Below are positions 48,145-58,668 of a stretch of 64,000 nt of DNA, in pieces. The stretch is from assembly GCA_964563615.1 (NCBI GenBank), contig CAZLWF010000002.1, forward strand, positions 1,859-65,858, read 5' to 3'. Every line of letters starts with the position of its first letter. Position 1 is the stretch's first letter. The notes below the pieces were generated by a model that was not told the origin of the DNA, searched no databases, and worked only from the letters and a program-made list of their open reading frames with translations. A program made the position numbers and the translations under genes. The DNA comes from an uncultured Candidatus Saccharibacteria bacterium (GTDB lineage: Bacteria > Patescibacteriota > Minisyncoccia > Phycocordibacterales > UBA9973).

Positions 48145-49350
48145 TTATTGAATACCGCCGGCAATATTGTAAATCGGCATAAGGACTGAGGCCAAGAGCA
48201 CACCAACAGCAAGACCAAGCGTCACGATCATGATTGGTTCAATGAGTCCAACCATAGTATCGACAGCATCATCAACTTCGCGTTTGTAAAACTTCGCTAA
48301 AGTTTTAAGTATGGATCCGAGCGAACCAGTTTCTTCACCAACTTTCACCATCTGCACAAGTATCGGTGGCATCATGGCATGCTTTGCTAGTGCATCAGAA
48401 AACGAGCTACCTGCTTTGACGTCTTCTTCTGCTTGCTTCATGACAGCAGCATATACTCGGTTCCCAACCACAGTCCCAGTGATTTCGATTGATCGAACAA
48501 TTGAAATACCTGAAGAAAGCATAGTATCCAAGTTGTCAGCAACTCGTGCTAGATAGAATTTAGTAAAGACTTTGCCGATGATTGGAAATGAAAGTTTAAC
48601 ACCGTCCAAGTATTGTTTGCCTGAGTCCCCTCTCGAGAGATACCAAACGTAGCCAACTCCCATCGCAAGGACAATAAGGACAATAATACCGTAATGGACA
48701 AAGAAGTCACTCATACCAATAACCACTTTGGTATACAAGGGCACTGTTTGCCCACTTTCTTTAATAATTTGCGAAAGTTTTGGAATAACCATGGTAAACA
48801 TGAGCCCCATCACCGCAAAGAACGTAAATATAACAAATGCTGGATAAATCAATGCATTCTTTGTCTTCGATGCGAGTGCATAATTTCTATCCAAATAATC
48901 TGCCAAGAAATTAAATGTCTGAGTAAGCTTGCCGGATTCTTCACCTGCTTTGACCATGTTCACGTAGAAATCAGAGAACACATCCGGGTGTTTTTCCATA
49001 GCACCAGAAATCGAATAACCGGCCTGTAGGTCATCTACTAACTGCGTAAGTTTTTTCGATAGAAGAGGATTTTCAACATTGGAAGCAAGTAGTGAAAATG
49101 CCTTGAGCGCAGAGACTTGCGCTTCAAACAATGTTGCAATCTGACGTGAGAGAATCACGACATCTTTGATTTTTACCCTTTCAAATATGGACATCTTGAG
49201 AAGAGTTTTCTTCTCATCATCACCTTTGATGGAAACGACGACGAAACCACGACGCTGCAGTGCCGCAATAGCGAGGTCTTTTGTGCGCGCCTCAATAAGC
49301 CCTTCTTTATTCTCGCCTCCGGTGGTAACAATTTTATATTTATATTGCAT
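48145..49350 (-). CDS. pilC: Type IV pilus platform protein PilC (GspF family)
   Basis: 401 aa with two T2SSF repeats and 3 TM. Confidence 0.85.
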   Translation of the reverse strand: MQYKYKIVTTGGENKEGLIEARTKDLAIAALQRRGFVVVSIKGDDEKKTLLKMSIFERVKIKDVVILSRQIATLFEAQVSALKAFSLLASNVENPLLSKKLTQLVDDLQAGYSISGAMEKHPDVFSDFYVNMVKAGEESGKLTQTFNFLADYLDRNYALASKTKNALIYPAFVIFTFFAVMGLMFTMVIPKLSQIIKESGQTVPLYTKVVIGMSDFFVHYGIIVLIVLAMGVGYVWYLSRGDSGKQYLDGVKLSFPIIGKVFTKFYLARVADNLDTMLSSGISIVRSIEITGTVVGNRVYAAVMKQAEEDVKAGSSFSDALAKHAMMPPILVQMVKVGEETGSLGSILKTLAKFYKREVDDAVDTMVGLIEPIMIVTLGLAVGVLLASVLMPIYNIAGGIQ

Positions 49351-49354
49351 GTGA

Positions 49355-50413
49355 TTAAGCTAGGCGCTCCAAGTTCTTTGGATTAAATGAATACAAGTAA
49401 GCATTGTCCATCGTGATCTCACCCGCTCGAACAAGCTCTAGCAATGATCGATTCATATCGATCATGCCTTGCTCATAGCCAGTTTCAATAACAACATCGA
49501 TTTCATGGGTACGTTTCTCCCGAATCAAATTTGATACTGCAGTATTATTTATAAGAAGCTCATATGCTGGCACGAGTCCGCCAGTGATTTTGGGTATAAG
49601 ACGCTGAGAGAAGACGCCAATTAAAGATGATGCAAGCTGCACACGAATTTGATCCTGCTGATTGCCGGGGAATGTATCTATAATACGATCAATTGTCTGC
49701 GATGCATTATTGGTGTGAAGTGTCGAAAGTACCAAGTGTCCTGTTTCTGCAGCACTAACAGCTGTCGCTATGGTCTCATGGCTTCGCATTTCACCGATCA
49801 AGATCACATTCACATCTTCACGAAAAATTGATTTGAGCGCAGTATTGAAATCTTTGGTATCTATACCGATTTCACGCTGATCGATAATCGCATGTTTTGG
49901 TTGGTACATGTATTCGATAGGATCTTCGATGGTGACAATATGCTCTGCACGTTCATTGTTGATGAGGTTAATCATCGAAGCAAGCGTTGTAGATTTGCCC
50001 TGCCCGACTGGGCCAACAACCAAGAAAAAGCCTTGTTTTTTTCTAGTAAATGTTTCAATGATAGCTGGCAGATGAAGTTCTGCAAGGGATTTCACTTCAG
50101 GGATCAGACGAAGCGCGATTGCTACGATACCTTTGGTATAAAATGCATTACCGCGAAGCCTTGCCTGTCCTTTGAATTCATAAGAGAAATCAACTTCTTG
50201 GTTGACGAGGAAAAGCTTAAATTTTTCATCACCCAAAAGTACATTCAAAACTCCTAATGAATCTTCTTTTGTATACACATTTCTCTTGACGAGAAATATC
50301 AGCTGTCCTGCTACACGAATAGCAGGATAACGCATGCCAGCAATATGCAAATCTGATCCGCCTTCGCGGATGAGCGTAGTTATGAGTTCATCAACTTCTT
50401 TTATGTAATCCAT
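49355..50413 (-). CDS. pilT: Type IV pilus retraction ATPase PilT
   Basis: 352 aa GspE-family ATPase without an N-terminal extension. Walker A GPVGQGKST, an Asp box and a His box are present. Confidence 0.8.
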   Translation of the reverse strand: MDYIKEVDELITTLIREGGSDLHIAGMRYPAIRVAGQLIFLVKRNVYTKEDSLGVLNVLLGDEKFKLFLVNQEVDFSYEFKGQARLRGNAFYTKGIVAIALRLIPEVKSLAELHLPAIIETFTRKKQGFFLVVGPVGQGKSTTLASMINLINNERAEHIVTIEDPIEYMYQPKHAIIDQREIGIDTKDFNTALKSIFREDVNVILIGEMRSHETIATAVSAAETGHLVLSTLHTNNASQTIDRIIDTFPGNQQDQIRVQLASSLIGVFSQRLIPKITGGLVPAYELLINNTAVSNLIREKRTHEIDVVIETGYEQGMIDMNRSLLELVRAGEITMDNAYLYSFNPKNLERLA

Positions 50414-50489
50414 ATTTTTTCAATAACTCTTTTCTCACTATTGTAGTAAAAATAAATATACGTATGTAGTATAGCACTGGTTCCTTATT

Positions 50490-52226
50490 TTATAAATCAT
50501 TATAGATTTCTTGGAACGGTAGCGTACCTTGCAAACTTTTGATAATCGCATCTTCTTTCATCGTAAGCATACCTCGACTTCTAGCGGATTTATAAATTTC
50601 ACTTTCAATCGGACTCGTCAATATTATGTGCTGCATTTCTTTATCAACAGCAAACATTTCAAATACTGCCATACGATCATGAGTACCATTGGGACATTCT
50701 GGCGACGGTACGACTTCGTACATAACATTATCAGTTGGAATTTGTTTTTTAGCTTCTTCTGGCAAATCAGTAAATTCTTTAGCCATGATTTGTCGCATCG
50801 TATCATCCATTGGTACTTGTTTGCGAGAATCTGGACATACCACACGAGCGAGGCGCTGAGCAACAGAAAGGATTAGCGTTGGCGCGATCAAATACGGGTC
50901 GACACCCATATCAATGAGACGCGGGATAACGCCGATAGCATTGTTAGTGTGTAGCGTTGAGAATACCAAATGGCCAGTCAATGCAGCCTGAATAGCAAGC
51001 TGAGCTGTTTCTTTATCACGGATTTCTCCAACCATGATAATGTCAGGGTCCTGACGGAGTATTGATCTAAGTCCTGAAGCAAAGGTATACCCTATTTCAG
51101 GCATGACTTGAGATTGGTTAACATCTGGAATTTGATATTCAACTGGATCTTCAAGTGATACCACATTTTGTTTCTCACGATCTATCTCATTTAACATTGA
51201 ATAAAGCGTTGTTGATTTACCAGACCCAGTTGGTCCTGTAATCAAAATAAGTCCATAGGGGCGCTTCAACGCACTACGAACAAGACCCATATTACGCTCA
51301 TTTAAACCAAGCTGCGCAAGCGTTTTAACGCCTTTTTCCGAATCCAAGATACGCATAACAACTTTCTCGCCATAATAGGCCGGAAATGTTGAGACACGGA
51401 ATTCAACTTTTCTACCAGCAATTTTTGTTGCAAAACTCCCGTCTTGAGGTTTACGCTTTTCATCAAGACGAAGCTTCGCCATGATCTTGATACGCGCAAC
51501 AATACCGGCATAGACATTGAGCGGCAAGACTAAGCTTGTATGCAGTGTGCCATCAATGCGGAAGCGGACTTTAACTTTATCGCCAGTATTTTCGATATGA
51601 ATATCAGATGCATTACCTTCAGTAGCATGCCGGACTATGACTGCCACAATTTTTATAATTGGCGCCTCTTCAACTATTTGTTCCTCTTCTCCTGGCTTGA
51701 GCGTGTTTTGTATCTTATTATTTTCAATTTTGACATCTTTGGTGTCTACATCTGCAAGCTCAGAATCAATTTCAGAGATCGCTTGATCAACCTCTCCCGT
51801 TAAGCCTTTATAATTATTTAAAATGACTTCAAAGTTTTTCTTTGTAATCAAAAAGATCTTGTACGGCACACCAAGCTTAGAGGTAATAAATTGCAGTGCA
51901 TCAATTGCTTCAAAATTATCTGGTTCAACAACACCAACTTCCAAGACACCCGAAGTTACAGCAAGCGGCACAAACATGTAGTGTTTAGCTGAATCCTCAG
52001 GAATATATTTTAATATTTCAAATGTAACCGATTTTGGGTCAACAATTTTTGTGGGAATATTGTAATACGTCCCCTTCAGTTCAAGAAGTTTCTGAGCTTC
52101 AAGACCGAGTTCCAAGAGCACTGCATCAATATCGCCCGCATGCTTTTCATCTGCGAGACGAACAATTTCATTAATTTGATTTTCTCGAATAACACCCTGT
52201 GTTGCGAGGTTGTCTAAAAAAGTCAT
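50490..52226 (-). CDS. pilB: Type IV pilus assembly ATPase PilB (GspE family)
   Basis: 578 aa with an N-terminal GSPII-like domain. Walker A GPTGSGKST and a tetracysteine-like region are present. Confidence 0.85.
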   Translation of the reverse strand: MTFLDNLATQGVIRENQINEIVRLADEKHAGDIDAVLLELGLEAQKLLELKGTYYNIPTKIVDPKSVTFEILKYIPEDSAKHYMFVPLAVTSGVLEVGVVEPDNFEAIDALQFITSKLGVPYKIFLITKKNFEVILNNYKGLTGEVDQAISEIDSELADVDTKDVKIENNKIQNTLKPGEEEQIVEEAPIIKIVAVIVRHATEGNASDIHIENTGDKVKVRFRIDGTLHTSLVLPLNVYAGIVARIKIMAKLRLDEKRKPQDGSFATKIAGRKVEFRVSTFPAYYGEKVVMRILDSEKGVKTLAQLGLNERNMGLVRSALKRPYGLILITGPTGSGKSTTLYSMLNEIDREKQNVVSLEDPVEYQIPDVNQSQVMPEIGYTFASGLRSILRQDPDIIMVGEIRDKETAQLAIQAALTGHLVFSTLHTNNAIGVIPRLIDMGVDPYLIAPTLILSVAQRLARVVCPDSRKQVPMDDTMRQIMAKEFTDLPEEAKKQIPTDNVMYEVVPSPECPNGTHDRMAVFEMFAVDKEMQHIILTSPIESEIYKSARSRGMLTMKEDAIIKSLQGTLPFQEIYNDL

Positions 52227-52245
52227 ATAAATTCAAAAAGGATCA

Positions 52246-52878
52246 TTAATTAAGTCCAGAACTTAAGGTCTTGAAGGAGATAACGCTTCCATAGACTATT
52301 TGACCATCGATCTTTGCTGCCGCCTTAACATAGTAAGTTGTCGCCGGAGACAATCCTGCAATTGTAGCTGTAAATGGCGCTGTACTGCTGGTTTGCTTTA
52401 CCGTGACTGCACCTAATGTCTGTGTTAATCCCCATTCAAACCAACGCTCTGTTGCGATCACCCCACTTGCAAGCGATGCGTTTGCAACTACAGATGATTG
52501 TGTTGTCTGAGTAACTGGATTTGTCGTGATTTGGACAGTTTGGACAACAGTACTCACTGAAGTATCAGCTCCAATAGGTGCAAAAGGATTTGCACGTCCC
52601 TGATTGCCTAATTGCACAAGCGTTATACTATAGTCTTTCAAGCTTGTGAAAGATGGATTGGAGAAAATATCTCCATTTAACTTTATTGCTTGCATATTAA
52701 GTAGCGTATTGAGAAATTCTTCTCCCACGCTTATGCCTTGAACAGGACTTTCTGGTGTCTCACCAACAGTAACCAGACTATTAGTCGAATCTTTCTTGCC
52801 AGAAATAAAGGTGTACACTGCAAACAAAATCCCTGCGACGACAACAAAAATTATTACTTTTTTGATAATCTTTCCCAT
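52246..52878 (-). CDS. Hypothetical pilus-operon protein (PilP-like position) with N-terminal TM
   Basis: 210 aa in the pil operon, with an N-terminal TM and a Ser/Thr-rich beta-rich C-terminal domain. Confidence 0.35.
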   Translation of the reverse strand: MGKIIKKVIIFVVVAGILFAVYTFISGKKDSTNSLVTVGETPESPVQGISVGEEFLNTLLNMQAIKLNGDIFSNPSFTSLKDYSITLVQLGNQGRANPFAPIGADTSVSTVVQTVQITTNPVTQTTQSSVVANASLASGVIATERWFEWGLTQTLGAVTVKQTSSTAPFTATIAGLSPATTYYVKAAAKIDGQIVYGSVISFKTLSSGLN

Positions 52879-52880
52879 AG

Positions 52881-53459
52881 TTAATTCTTAAGCCAATAGG
52901 TTCTGATTTTAAAGTTAAAGGTATACAAATCTTTATCGTTATTGCCAGTCGCATCAAACGATATACCTTGCATATCGACAATGCGCAATCCTTGTTCAAT
53001 ATCTTTTAAGAAAGTATAAAAATTTCCATAGCTTGTCTGCACTGAAAATGACATATCGAATAAACCATACTCTTGATTCTGTAGTGCAAGTGCTGCTCCC
53101 CCCTCATCAACAGGTTTACCATTTGCGTCATTTTTTAAGGTTGGACTGACGCTAACATTTGTAAGAGACATACCATACTTGGCTGCAACAGAATCGATTT
53201 CAAGGATCAGACGGATATTGTCGACATTATCAGGTAATAGTTTGCGCAAATGCTCAATCTGATCAGGCGAAAACTCATTATACTTTGCAACTAGTTCATC
53301 TCGCTTTTCCTCAAGTTGCTTCGCATTCGCCAGTGCCTGACCAAATGCCGCTTCTTTGACTTGTAACTCTTTGACTTCTTTATACATAGGGTTGGTTACT
53401 AACAAGAAAAGCCCAATTGCAAGTGAAACTAGTATAGCTGGAAAAATAAAGCGCAACAT
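52881..53459 (-). CDS. pilO: Type IV pilus assembly protein PilO-like
   Basis: It has an N-terminal TM followed by a coiled coil, then a ferredoxin-like periplasmic domain. It sits in the pilM-N-O order. Confidence 0.5.
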   Translation of the reverse strand: MLRFIFPAILVSLAIGLFLLVTNPMYKEVKELQVKEAAFGQALANAKQLEEKRDELVAKYNEFSPDQIEHLRKLLPDNVDNIRLILEIDSVAAKYGMSLTNVSVSPTLKNDANGKPVDEGGAALALQNQEYGLFDMSFSVQTSYGNFYTFLKDIEQGLRIVDMQGISFDATGNNDKDLYTFNFKIRTYWLKN

Positions 53460-53460
53460 A

Positions 53461-54237
53461 TTAGTTTGTGGTTGTGCTATTAGTTGGTAATGCAGGCGGC
53501 GCCACAGGAGAAAGTATTGGTTCAGTTGGAACAGTTATTATAGTATTTTCTGGAGACTCAGGTATACCCGCTTGGCGATTAATCATTTCTTGGTATGAGA
53601 CAAATGATTTATCAACTGAAAAAGTAAGGTGAAAATTCACTTTACCAAAAGGGTCAATGGTCAGATTTGAAAAAACAGGATCCTTAATATATTTATTTTG
53701 GGAAAATACATCTGCCTGAAGTGCGATCGGCGTATAGCCACTTGCAGATTGACCATCGATATCAATAGTAATATCGTCACTAAGCAGATTATCAGGCTTG
53801 CCAATATCATACTCAAATTTTGTATATCGTATCGTCTTTAAGGTCAATGCTTGCAAGGAATCAAACAAAGGGCTTACGATCATATGGCCTGCAAGTAACT
53901 GATCTGCTCCCTGTATTCTTCTGTCGAGGGTTTGCAAATCGCTAATAAGCGATGGTTCAAAGCGTGATTTAGCGAGTTCAAGCTGGTTGGACATATCATC
54001 CACACGCTTCACGAGTACTGCATGATAAAAATATGCACCTGCTGCAGCTGCAATTGATGCAAAAAATATAATAGTTCCGATAAATACAGTAAGTGAAACT
54101 GGCTGAGACGATTGTATTCGTTCTTCGGAAAGTGATTTTTTGGGTATGAAAGATGTTTGGGCTTCTTTATCCATTGAGAAGGAATAAACTAAAAAAAAAT
54201 AAATAACTACTCCCATTCTAATATGCAACGTGTGCAA
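53461..54237 (-). CDS. pilN: Type IV pilus assembly protein PilN-like
   Basis: Short cytoplasmic N-terminus, one TM, and a periplasmic coiled-coil/beta domain. Follows pilM. Confidence 0.5.
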   Translation of the reverse strand: MHTLHIRMGVVIYFFLVYSFSMDKEAQTSFIPKKSLSEERIQSSQPVSLTVFIGTIIFFASIAAAAGAYFYHAVLVKRVDDMSNQLELAKSRFEPSLISDLQTLDRRIQGADQLLAGHMIVSPLFDSLQALTLKTIRYTKFEYDIGKPDNLLSDDITIDIDGQSASGYTPIALQADVFSQNKYIKDPVFSNLTIDPFGKVNFHLTFSVDKSFVSYQEMINRQAGIPESPENTIITVPTEPILSPVAPPALPTNSTTTN

Positions 54238-54252
54238 TGTATAGTGTATAAC

Positions 54253-55383
54253 CTAACTATTCTGTTCAAGTTCTCGAAGTGCGAGACCCGCAGCAACGGC
54301 AAATTCAGGCCCTGCGCTCTCCAATACCTTATCGAGAAATGCTGGCGCTTCTACTTTATCAAATGGCTTAGCCAAAATGACTTCGCTTTTAAATGCTTCC
54401 TGTGCTGCCGGCAAAAAACCTTTTAACAGTACCCCCCCACCTGTCAAAATAACCTTACTGATTGTTTTATTTTGTTCACGCTCATAATTTAAAATAACGC
54501 TAGCCGTTTCAGATAAAATATAATCAATCGATAGTTTGACAACCTGCGCAACACTCGGATCAGCTGGGTTACCGAGGAGTCCAAATTCGCGCTTAGTTTG
54601 CTCACCTTGCAAAAAGGTCACATTGAGCGACGTCGCAAGTGCACTACTAATATCCTGCGAGCCGCGATTGATGGTGTGGAATTTATGCACAATGCCATAT
54701 TCAATAATTGAAAGCTTGGTTTTCATAGCCCCCATATCGATAATAAGGACCGTCGAAAGTTCATGATTGAAGCTACTTCGTATACTTGAGAAGAGTTCAA
54801 TTTCAAAAAAAGAAGCATCAAGTGCAGTAGACTTCACGATATCTCGATATTTTTGGATTGTTTCATTGTGGATTGCTGCAATAAGAATTTCCCGTTTTGC
54901 TACCATTGCCCCAGCGGTCGGACTCTCCTCAAATGATTCTTCCTTTTTCGGAATAATCCACCAATCAAGGGACACTTCGGTTATTGGTACTGGAATATAT
55001 TTGCGTGCTTCAGTTGCAATGACATTCGGCAATTCTTTTTCTGAAATTGATGATGGCAAGTTTATAAGAAACACCAAACTCGAAGCTGCAGGGATGGAAA
55101 TAGCACACTCTTTAGTCGTAATGCTTGCTTCACGGAGCACATCGGTAAGGGCGAGGCTTAACTTATCTGGCGGTAAATTTGTTGTATGACCAACTTCGAG
55201 TTCTGCATATGGACCAAGCGCGAGTGCGCCATAGGTTTCGAGGATTGCCTTTGCACCTTTGCGCCTAAGTTGAACAACTTTGATAGCGGATGAACCAATA
55301 TCAATACCAACAACACTCTCGCCTTTATTGCCGCTACTAAATGCAGACAAACCAGTTGATAAGATTTTTGAAAATGGATTCAT
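54253..55383 (-). CDS. pilM: Type IV pilus assembly ATPase-fold protein PilM
   Basis: Actin-like ATPase fold. VVGIDIGSSAIKVVQL is the phosphate-1 motif. Confidence 0.8.
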   Translation of the reverse strand: MNPFSKILSTGLSAFSSGNKGESVVGIDIGSSAIKVVQLRRKGAKAILETYGALALGPYAELEVGHTTNLPPDKLSLALTDVLREASITTKECAISIPAASSLVFLINLPSSISEKELPNVIATEARKYIPVPITEVSLDWWIIPKKEESFEESPTAGAMVAKREILIAAIHNETIQKYRDIVKSTALDASFFEIELFSSIRSSFNHELSTVLIIDMGAMKTKLSIIEYGIVHKFHTINRGSQDISSALATSLNVTFLQGEQTKREFGLLGNPADPSVAQVVKLSIDYILSETASVILNYEREQNKTISKVILTGGGVLLKGFLPAAQEAFKSEVILAKPFDKVEAPAFLDKVLESAGPEFAVAAGLALRELEQNS

Positions 55384-55419
55384 ATGAGAAAAATACGTAT
55401 GTAGTATATCATATAGTAT

Positions 55420-56070
55420 ATGAATTTTTATAGGATGATTTTAGATATCATCTTCCCTATCTCCTGCCTCTCGTGCAAGAAAAAAGGCGAATTTTTATGT
55501 TTTTCTTGTATCAGTAAATTTGATGAGCCGAGAGAAAATAAAGATTCAAAAGCGATTAGTCTCTTTGACTACAGAAACCCAGTTTTAAAACATGCGCTTT
55601 GGGTCTTGAAGTATAAAAACAAACGTGGCATTGCAGAGAATTTAGGCAAAGCACTTTATGAAAAACTTCTCGAGGAGTACGTAGAGATAAAGCTCGTCGG
55701 CAAAAGTAATCCGCCGATCATAGTCCCCATCCCCATTAGTAAATCTCGCAAGCGCAAGCGCGGCTATAACCAAAGCGAGCTTTTAGTTCGAGCCATACTT
55801 GCATCAGATCATGAAAAATTATTCAAAAATGGTATCGGTATATTAGAGAAAATAAAAAATACTGAACCCCAAGCCAGGATCAAGAACCGGCAAGAACGAC
55901 TTAAGAACGTCGAAGGTGTTTTTGCAGCTAAGAAAAATATCTCGCTTCTCGGACAGACAATATTTTTGATTGATGACGTAACGACCACTGGTGCCACACT
56001 CAAAGACGCGACAAGAGCGCTCAAATCCGCCGGCGCAAAGAAGGTCTACATGTTTACCGTCGCGCATTAA
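55420..56070 (+). CDS. comFC: ComF family competence protein (ComFC; phosphoribosyltransferase domain with N-terminal Cys4)
   Basis: N-terminal CLSC...CFSC zinc ribbon and the C-terminal PRTase motif IFLIDDVTTTGATL. Confidence 0.7.
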   Translation: MNFYRMILDIIFPISCLSCKKKGEFLCFSCISKFDEPRENKDSKAISLFDYRNPVLKHALWVLKYKNKRGIAENLGKALYEKLLEEYVEIKLVGKSNPPIIVPIPISKSRKRKRGYNQSELLVRAILASDHEKLFKNGIGILEKIKNTEPQARIKNRQERLKNVEGVFAAKKNISLLGQTIFLIDDVTTTGATLKDATRALKSAGAKKVYMFTVAH

Positions 56071-56077
56071 ATAATTA

Positions 56078-57010
56078 TTAGATATTTGGAAAACTTATCA
56101 CTACGGTCGTCCCTTTGCCTAATTCACTCTCAATATTGATCGAACCATAATGACGATCAACTATCTCTTTGACAATAGCAAGTCCGAGTCCTGTTCCAGT
56201 AGTACTCTCATACAGATCGTGTGCTCGGAAAAATGGTTGTAAAATAAATGCTAGTTTATCTTTTGCAATGCCCATGCCTGTGTCAGTAAAAGTTATAGTA
56301 ATAGTACCAAGATCATCTCTCTTAATTTTCACCGTAATCGTATCCCCTCGCTCACTATACTGGATGGCATTATTCAAGATATTGTAGGACATCTGCAACA
56401 GCGCCATAGTATCCCCCTGTATGGTGATATCAGTAGCTTCAGCAAAAACGTTCGCAGTGATTCCTTTTTCATCGAGAAGTGGCTGTAACTTTTTTACAGC
56501 CGCAGTAACAACATCGATTAGAGCAACACTTGCCGTAGCAATAGCACTTTCTCGCTGTCTTGCAAGATCAAGAAGCGTGTTAGCGAGTGTCGTCATATCA
56601 TTGACTTCGACAAGGACATTTTCGAGTGTCTCACGGGCGAGACTACTTGGCATTTTTTCATTGCGAAGCGCAACTTCAATATTGGTTTTCATAACGGCAA
56701 GTGGCGTGCGAAGCTCATGGGAAGCATTAGCAACGAAACGCCGCTCACGATTTATGGACTTTCGTATCGGTGCAAGTGTTCGCTCGGTCAGCAGAAGCCC
56801 TATGACAATAATAAAACCAAGCACGACTAAGTCAGCAAAAATAATCCGGCTTTTGAGCACTTCGTTGGCCTTATCAAGAATGAGTATCTGCAATATTGGA
56901 TCAGCGACTTGTTCACGTATCGAAGTGCCAAGCTGCGTTTGGATGGAACTAAAGAGTAAGTAGCTAAACGTACCGAGAAGTACAACCGTTGTACCAGTAT
57001 AAAGAAGCAT
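56078..57010 (-). CDS. Sensor histidine kinase (HisKA + HATPase_c), membrane-bound, start uncertain
   Basis: H-box ANASHELRTPL, plus N, G1 and G2 boxes (GTGLGLAIVKEIV). The ORF track extends to 57208 and overlaps the regulator gene, so a start at M near 57010 or 57091 is more plausible. Confidence 0.7.
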   Translation of the reverse strand: MLLYTGTTVVLLGTFSYLLFSSIQTQLGTSIREQVADPILQILILDKANEVLKSRIIFADLVVLGFIIVIGLLLTERTLAPIRKSINRERRFVANASHELRTPLAVMKTNIEVALRNEKMPSSLARETLENVLVEVNDMTTLANTLLDLARQRESAIATASVALIDVVTAAVKKLQPLLDEKGITANVFAEATDITIQGDTMALLQMSYNILNNAIQYSERGDTITVKIKRDDLGTITITFTDTGMGIAKDKLAFILQPFFRAHDLYESTTGTGLGLAIVKEIVDRHYGSINIESELGKGTTVVISFPNI

Positions 57011-57041
57011 GAGCTTTATCCGAGCAGCAAACAGTTCATCG

Positions 57042-57707
57042 TTATTCCATTTTGTAACCAATACCGCGAACGGTCGCAATAAGTGTTCCATTGTCGTGTA
57101 ATTTTTTTCTAATATTTTTAATATGCACATCGACCGTATTTGAAAGTGTTGAGTCCGCAAAATCCCAAGCATGATCATAGAGCGTATCTCGAGTAATGAC
57201 TTTACCACGATGACGCATCAAGTATTCAAGCACCATAAATTCCTTAAGTGTAAAAGTTATTTCTTTATCATTTTTGGTGACTCGGTGCTCTGTAGTATCA
57301 AGCACGATATCTTGCACTTCTAGTTTATTTTCTTCTAACTGTTTTGGCCGGCGCATGAGTGCGCGCACCCGAGCAACAAGCTCTTCGAATGCAAACGGCT
57401 TGGCGAGGTAATCATCAGCACCTGCATCAAGACCGAGGACTTTGTCATTGGTTGTATCGAGCGCAGTGAGCATAATAACGGGAATCGTAACATCCGCTGC
57501 ACGCCAAAACCTGCAAATACTTACACCATCTTTACCAGGAAGCATACGATCGAGAATAACCAAATCATACTCAATCGTGTTTAATAGTATCCGCTTTTCT
57601 GCGGCTATTCCCTCGCCGAGCGTATCAACGGCAAAGCCCTCCTGCTCAAGGCCTCGTTTCATCACATCGGCAAGTTTTTTATTGTCTTCTACGACCAATA
57701 CTTTCAT
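57042..57707 (-). CDS. OmpR-family response regulator (receiver + winged-helix)
   Basis: MKVLVVEDN...LDRMLPGKDG is the receiver, with the phospho-acceptor Asp. The C-terminal trans_reg_C domain is present. Confidence 0.85.
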   Translation of the reverse strand: MKVLVVEDNKKLADVMKRGLEQEGFAVDTLGEGIAAEKRILLNTIEYDLVILDRMLPGKDGVSICRFWRAADVTIPVIMLTALDTTNDKVLGLDAGADDYLAKPFAFEELVARVRALMRRPKQLEENKLEVQDIVLDTTEHRVTKNDKEITFTLKEFMVLEYLMRHRGKVITRDTLYDHAWDFADSTLSNTVDVHIKNIRKKLHDNGTLIATVRGIGYKME

Positions 57708-57768
57708 GTCTCTATTGTAATACGCCCTCATGAATTATTCATGAAGTACAATACATGGTATTTGTGAA

Positions 57769-58419
57769 CTAGGATTTAGAAGTAATATAGTTTATGAATT
57801 TTTCTTTTGTTGAATCTGGAATTAAATTCATAAACTTTATTGCTTTTTTATATCTTTCGTCTGACATATCAAAATCTTTCCCTTCTCCCAAGTAACTATA
57901 TATTTCTGATTTTGTATAACCTGCTTGTTCTAGTACTGCTGTTGTTGGATGAACTTGGATTATATCAACTTCGTTTATATTGGAGCTTCTAAAATCCGGA
58001 GAATAGACCTCTAGAACAGTTCCATAGATAAGCGGCTCACCAGTTTCTCTTTTCGCGTAAAATTCAGAGAGTCGAGATTTTGATCTCTCATCTTTACATG
58101 AAAATGTATCTTGTAGCCACTTAGGGTTTTCTATAACAAAAACTCCAGTCACATTTTTTCTTACTTCATAACCAAAATCTCGAAATGTTTTACCTATTAA
58201 ACCTCCATGTTTTATAGCATCATCAATAACTTTAATCTCTGAGTTACTTTTATCATATTCGAAAATTGTCAGCGCATACGTTCTGGCGATATTTTTTTCA
58301 TCTGAAAGAAAAGCTTCTCGCATAAAATCGTCATGTCGTAAAACTTCAGAGTGAATTTTCCCATATTTTGCTTCTAAAACATCAGTATGAAGCTTTTTGG
58401 TTATATTAAAATGTTCCAT
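57769..58419 (-). CDS. Hypothetical protein
   Basis: 216-aa ORF. No recognisable motif. Confidence 0.35.
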   Translation of the reverse strand: MEHFNITKKLHTDVLEAKYGKIHSEVLRHDDFMREAFLSDEKNIARTYALTIFEYDKSNSEIKVIDDAIKHGGLIGKTFRDFGYEVRKNVTGVFVIENPKWLQDTFSCKDERSKSRLSEFYAKRETGEPLIYGTVLEVYSPDFRSSNINEVDIIQVHPTTAVLEQAGYTKSEIYSYLGEGKDFDMSDERYKKAIKFMNLIPDSTKEKFINYITSKS

Positions 58420-58464
58420 GAATTCTATATCTCTGAATACTCTTTGTTGATTTCTAAGATTTTG

Positions 58465-58549
58465 CGGAGACGGCGAGATTCGAACTCGCGAGGGCTTTCA
58501 CCCTGCCTCCTTAGCAAGGAGGTACGTTAGACCACTCTGACACGTCTCC
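58465..58549 (-). tRNA. tRNA-Ser (anticodon GCT), class II with long variable arm
   Basis: The reverse complement is GGAGACGTGTCAGAGTGGTCTAACGTACCTCCTTGCTAAGGAGGCAGGGTGAAAGCCCTCGCGAGTTCGAATCTCGCCGTCTCCG. Confidence 0.8.
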
Positions 58550-58668
58550 AAACTTATATTTGTGTGATTAATTTAGCATATTTTTTGAAGAATAGAAAAT
58601 AAAACAAAAAGTAAATATTTGATAGAAAAGTTGATAAATTTGTAGTAATAAACTACATTAGTTCTATT

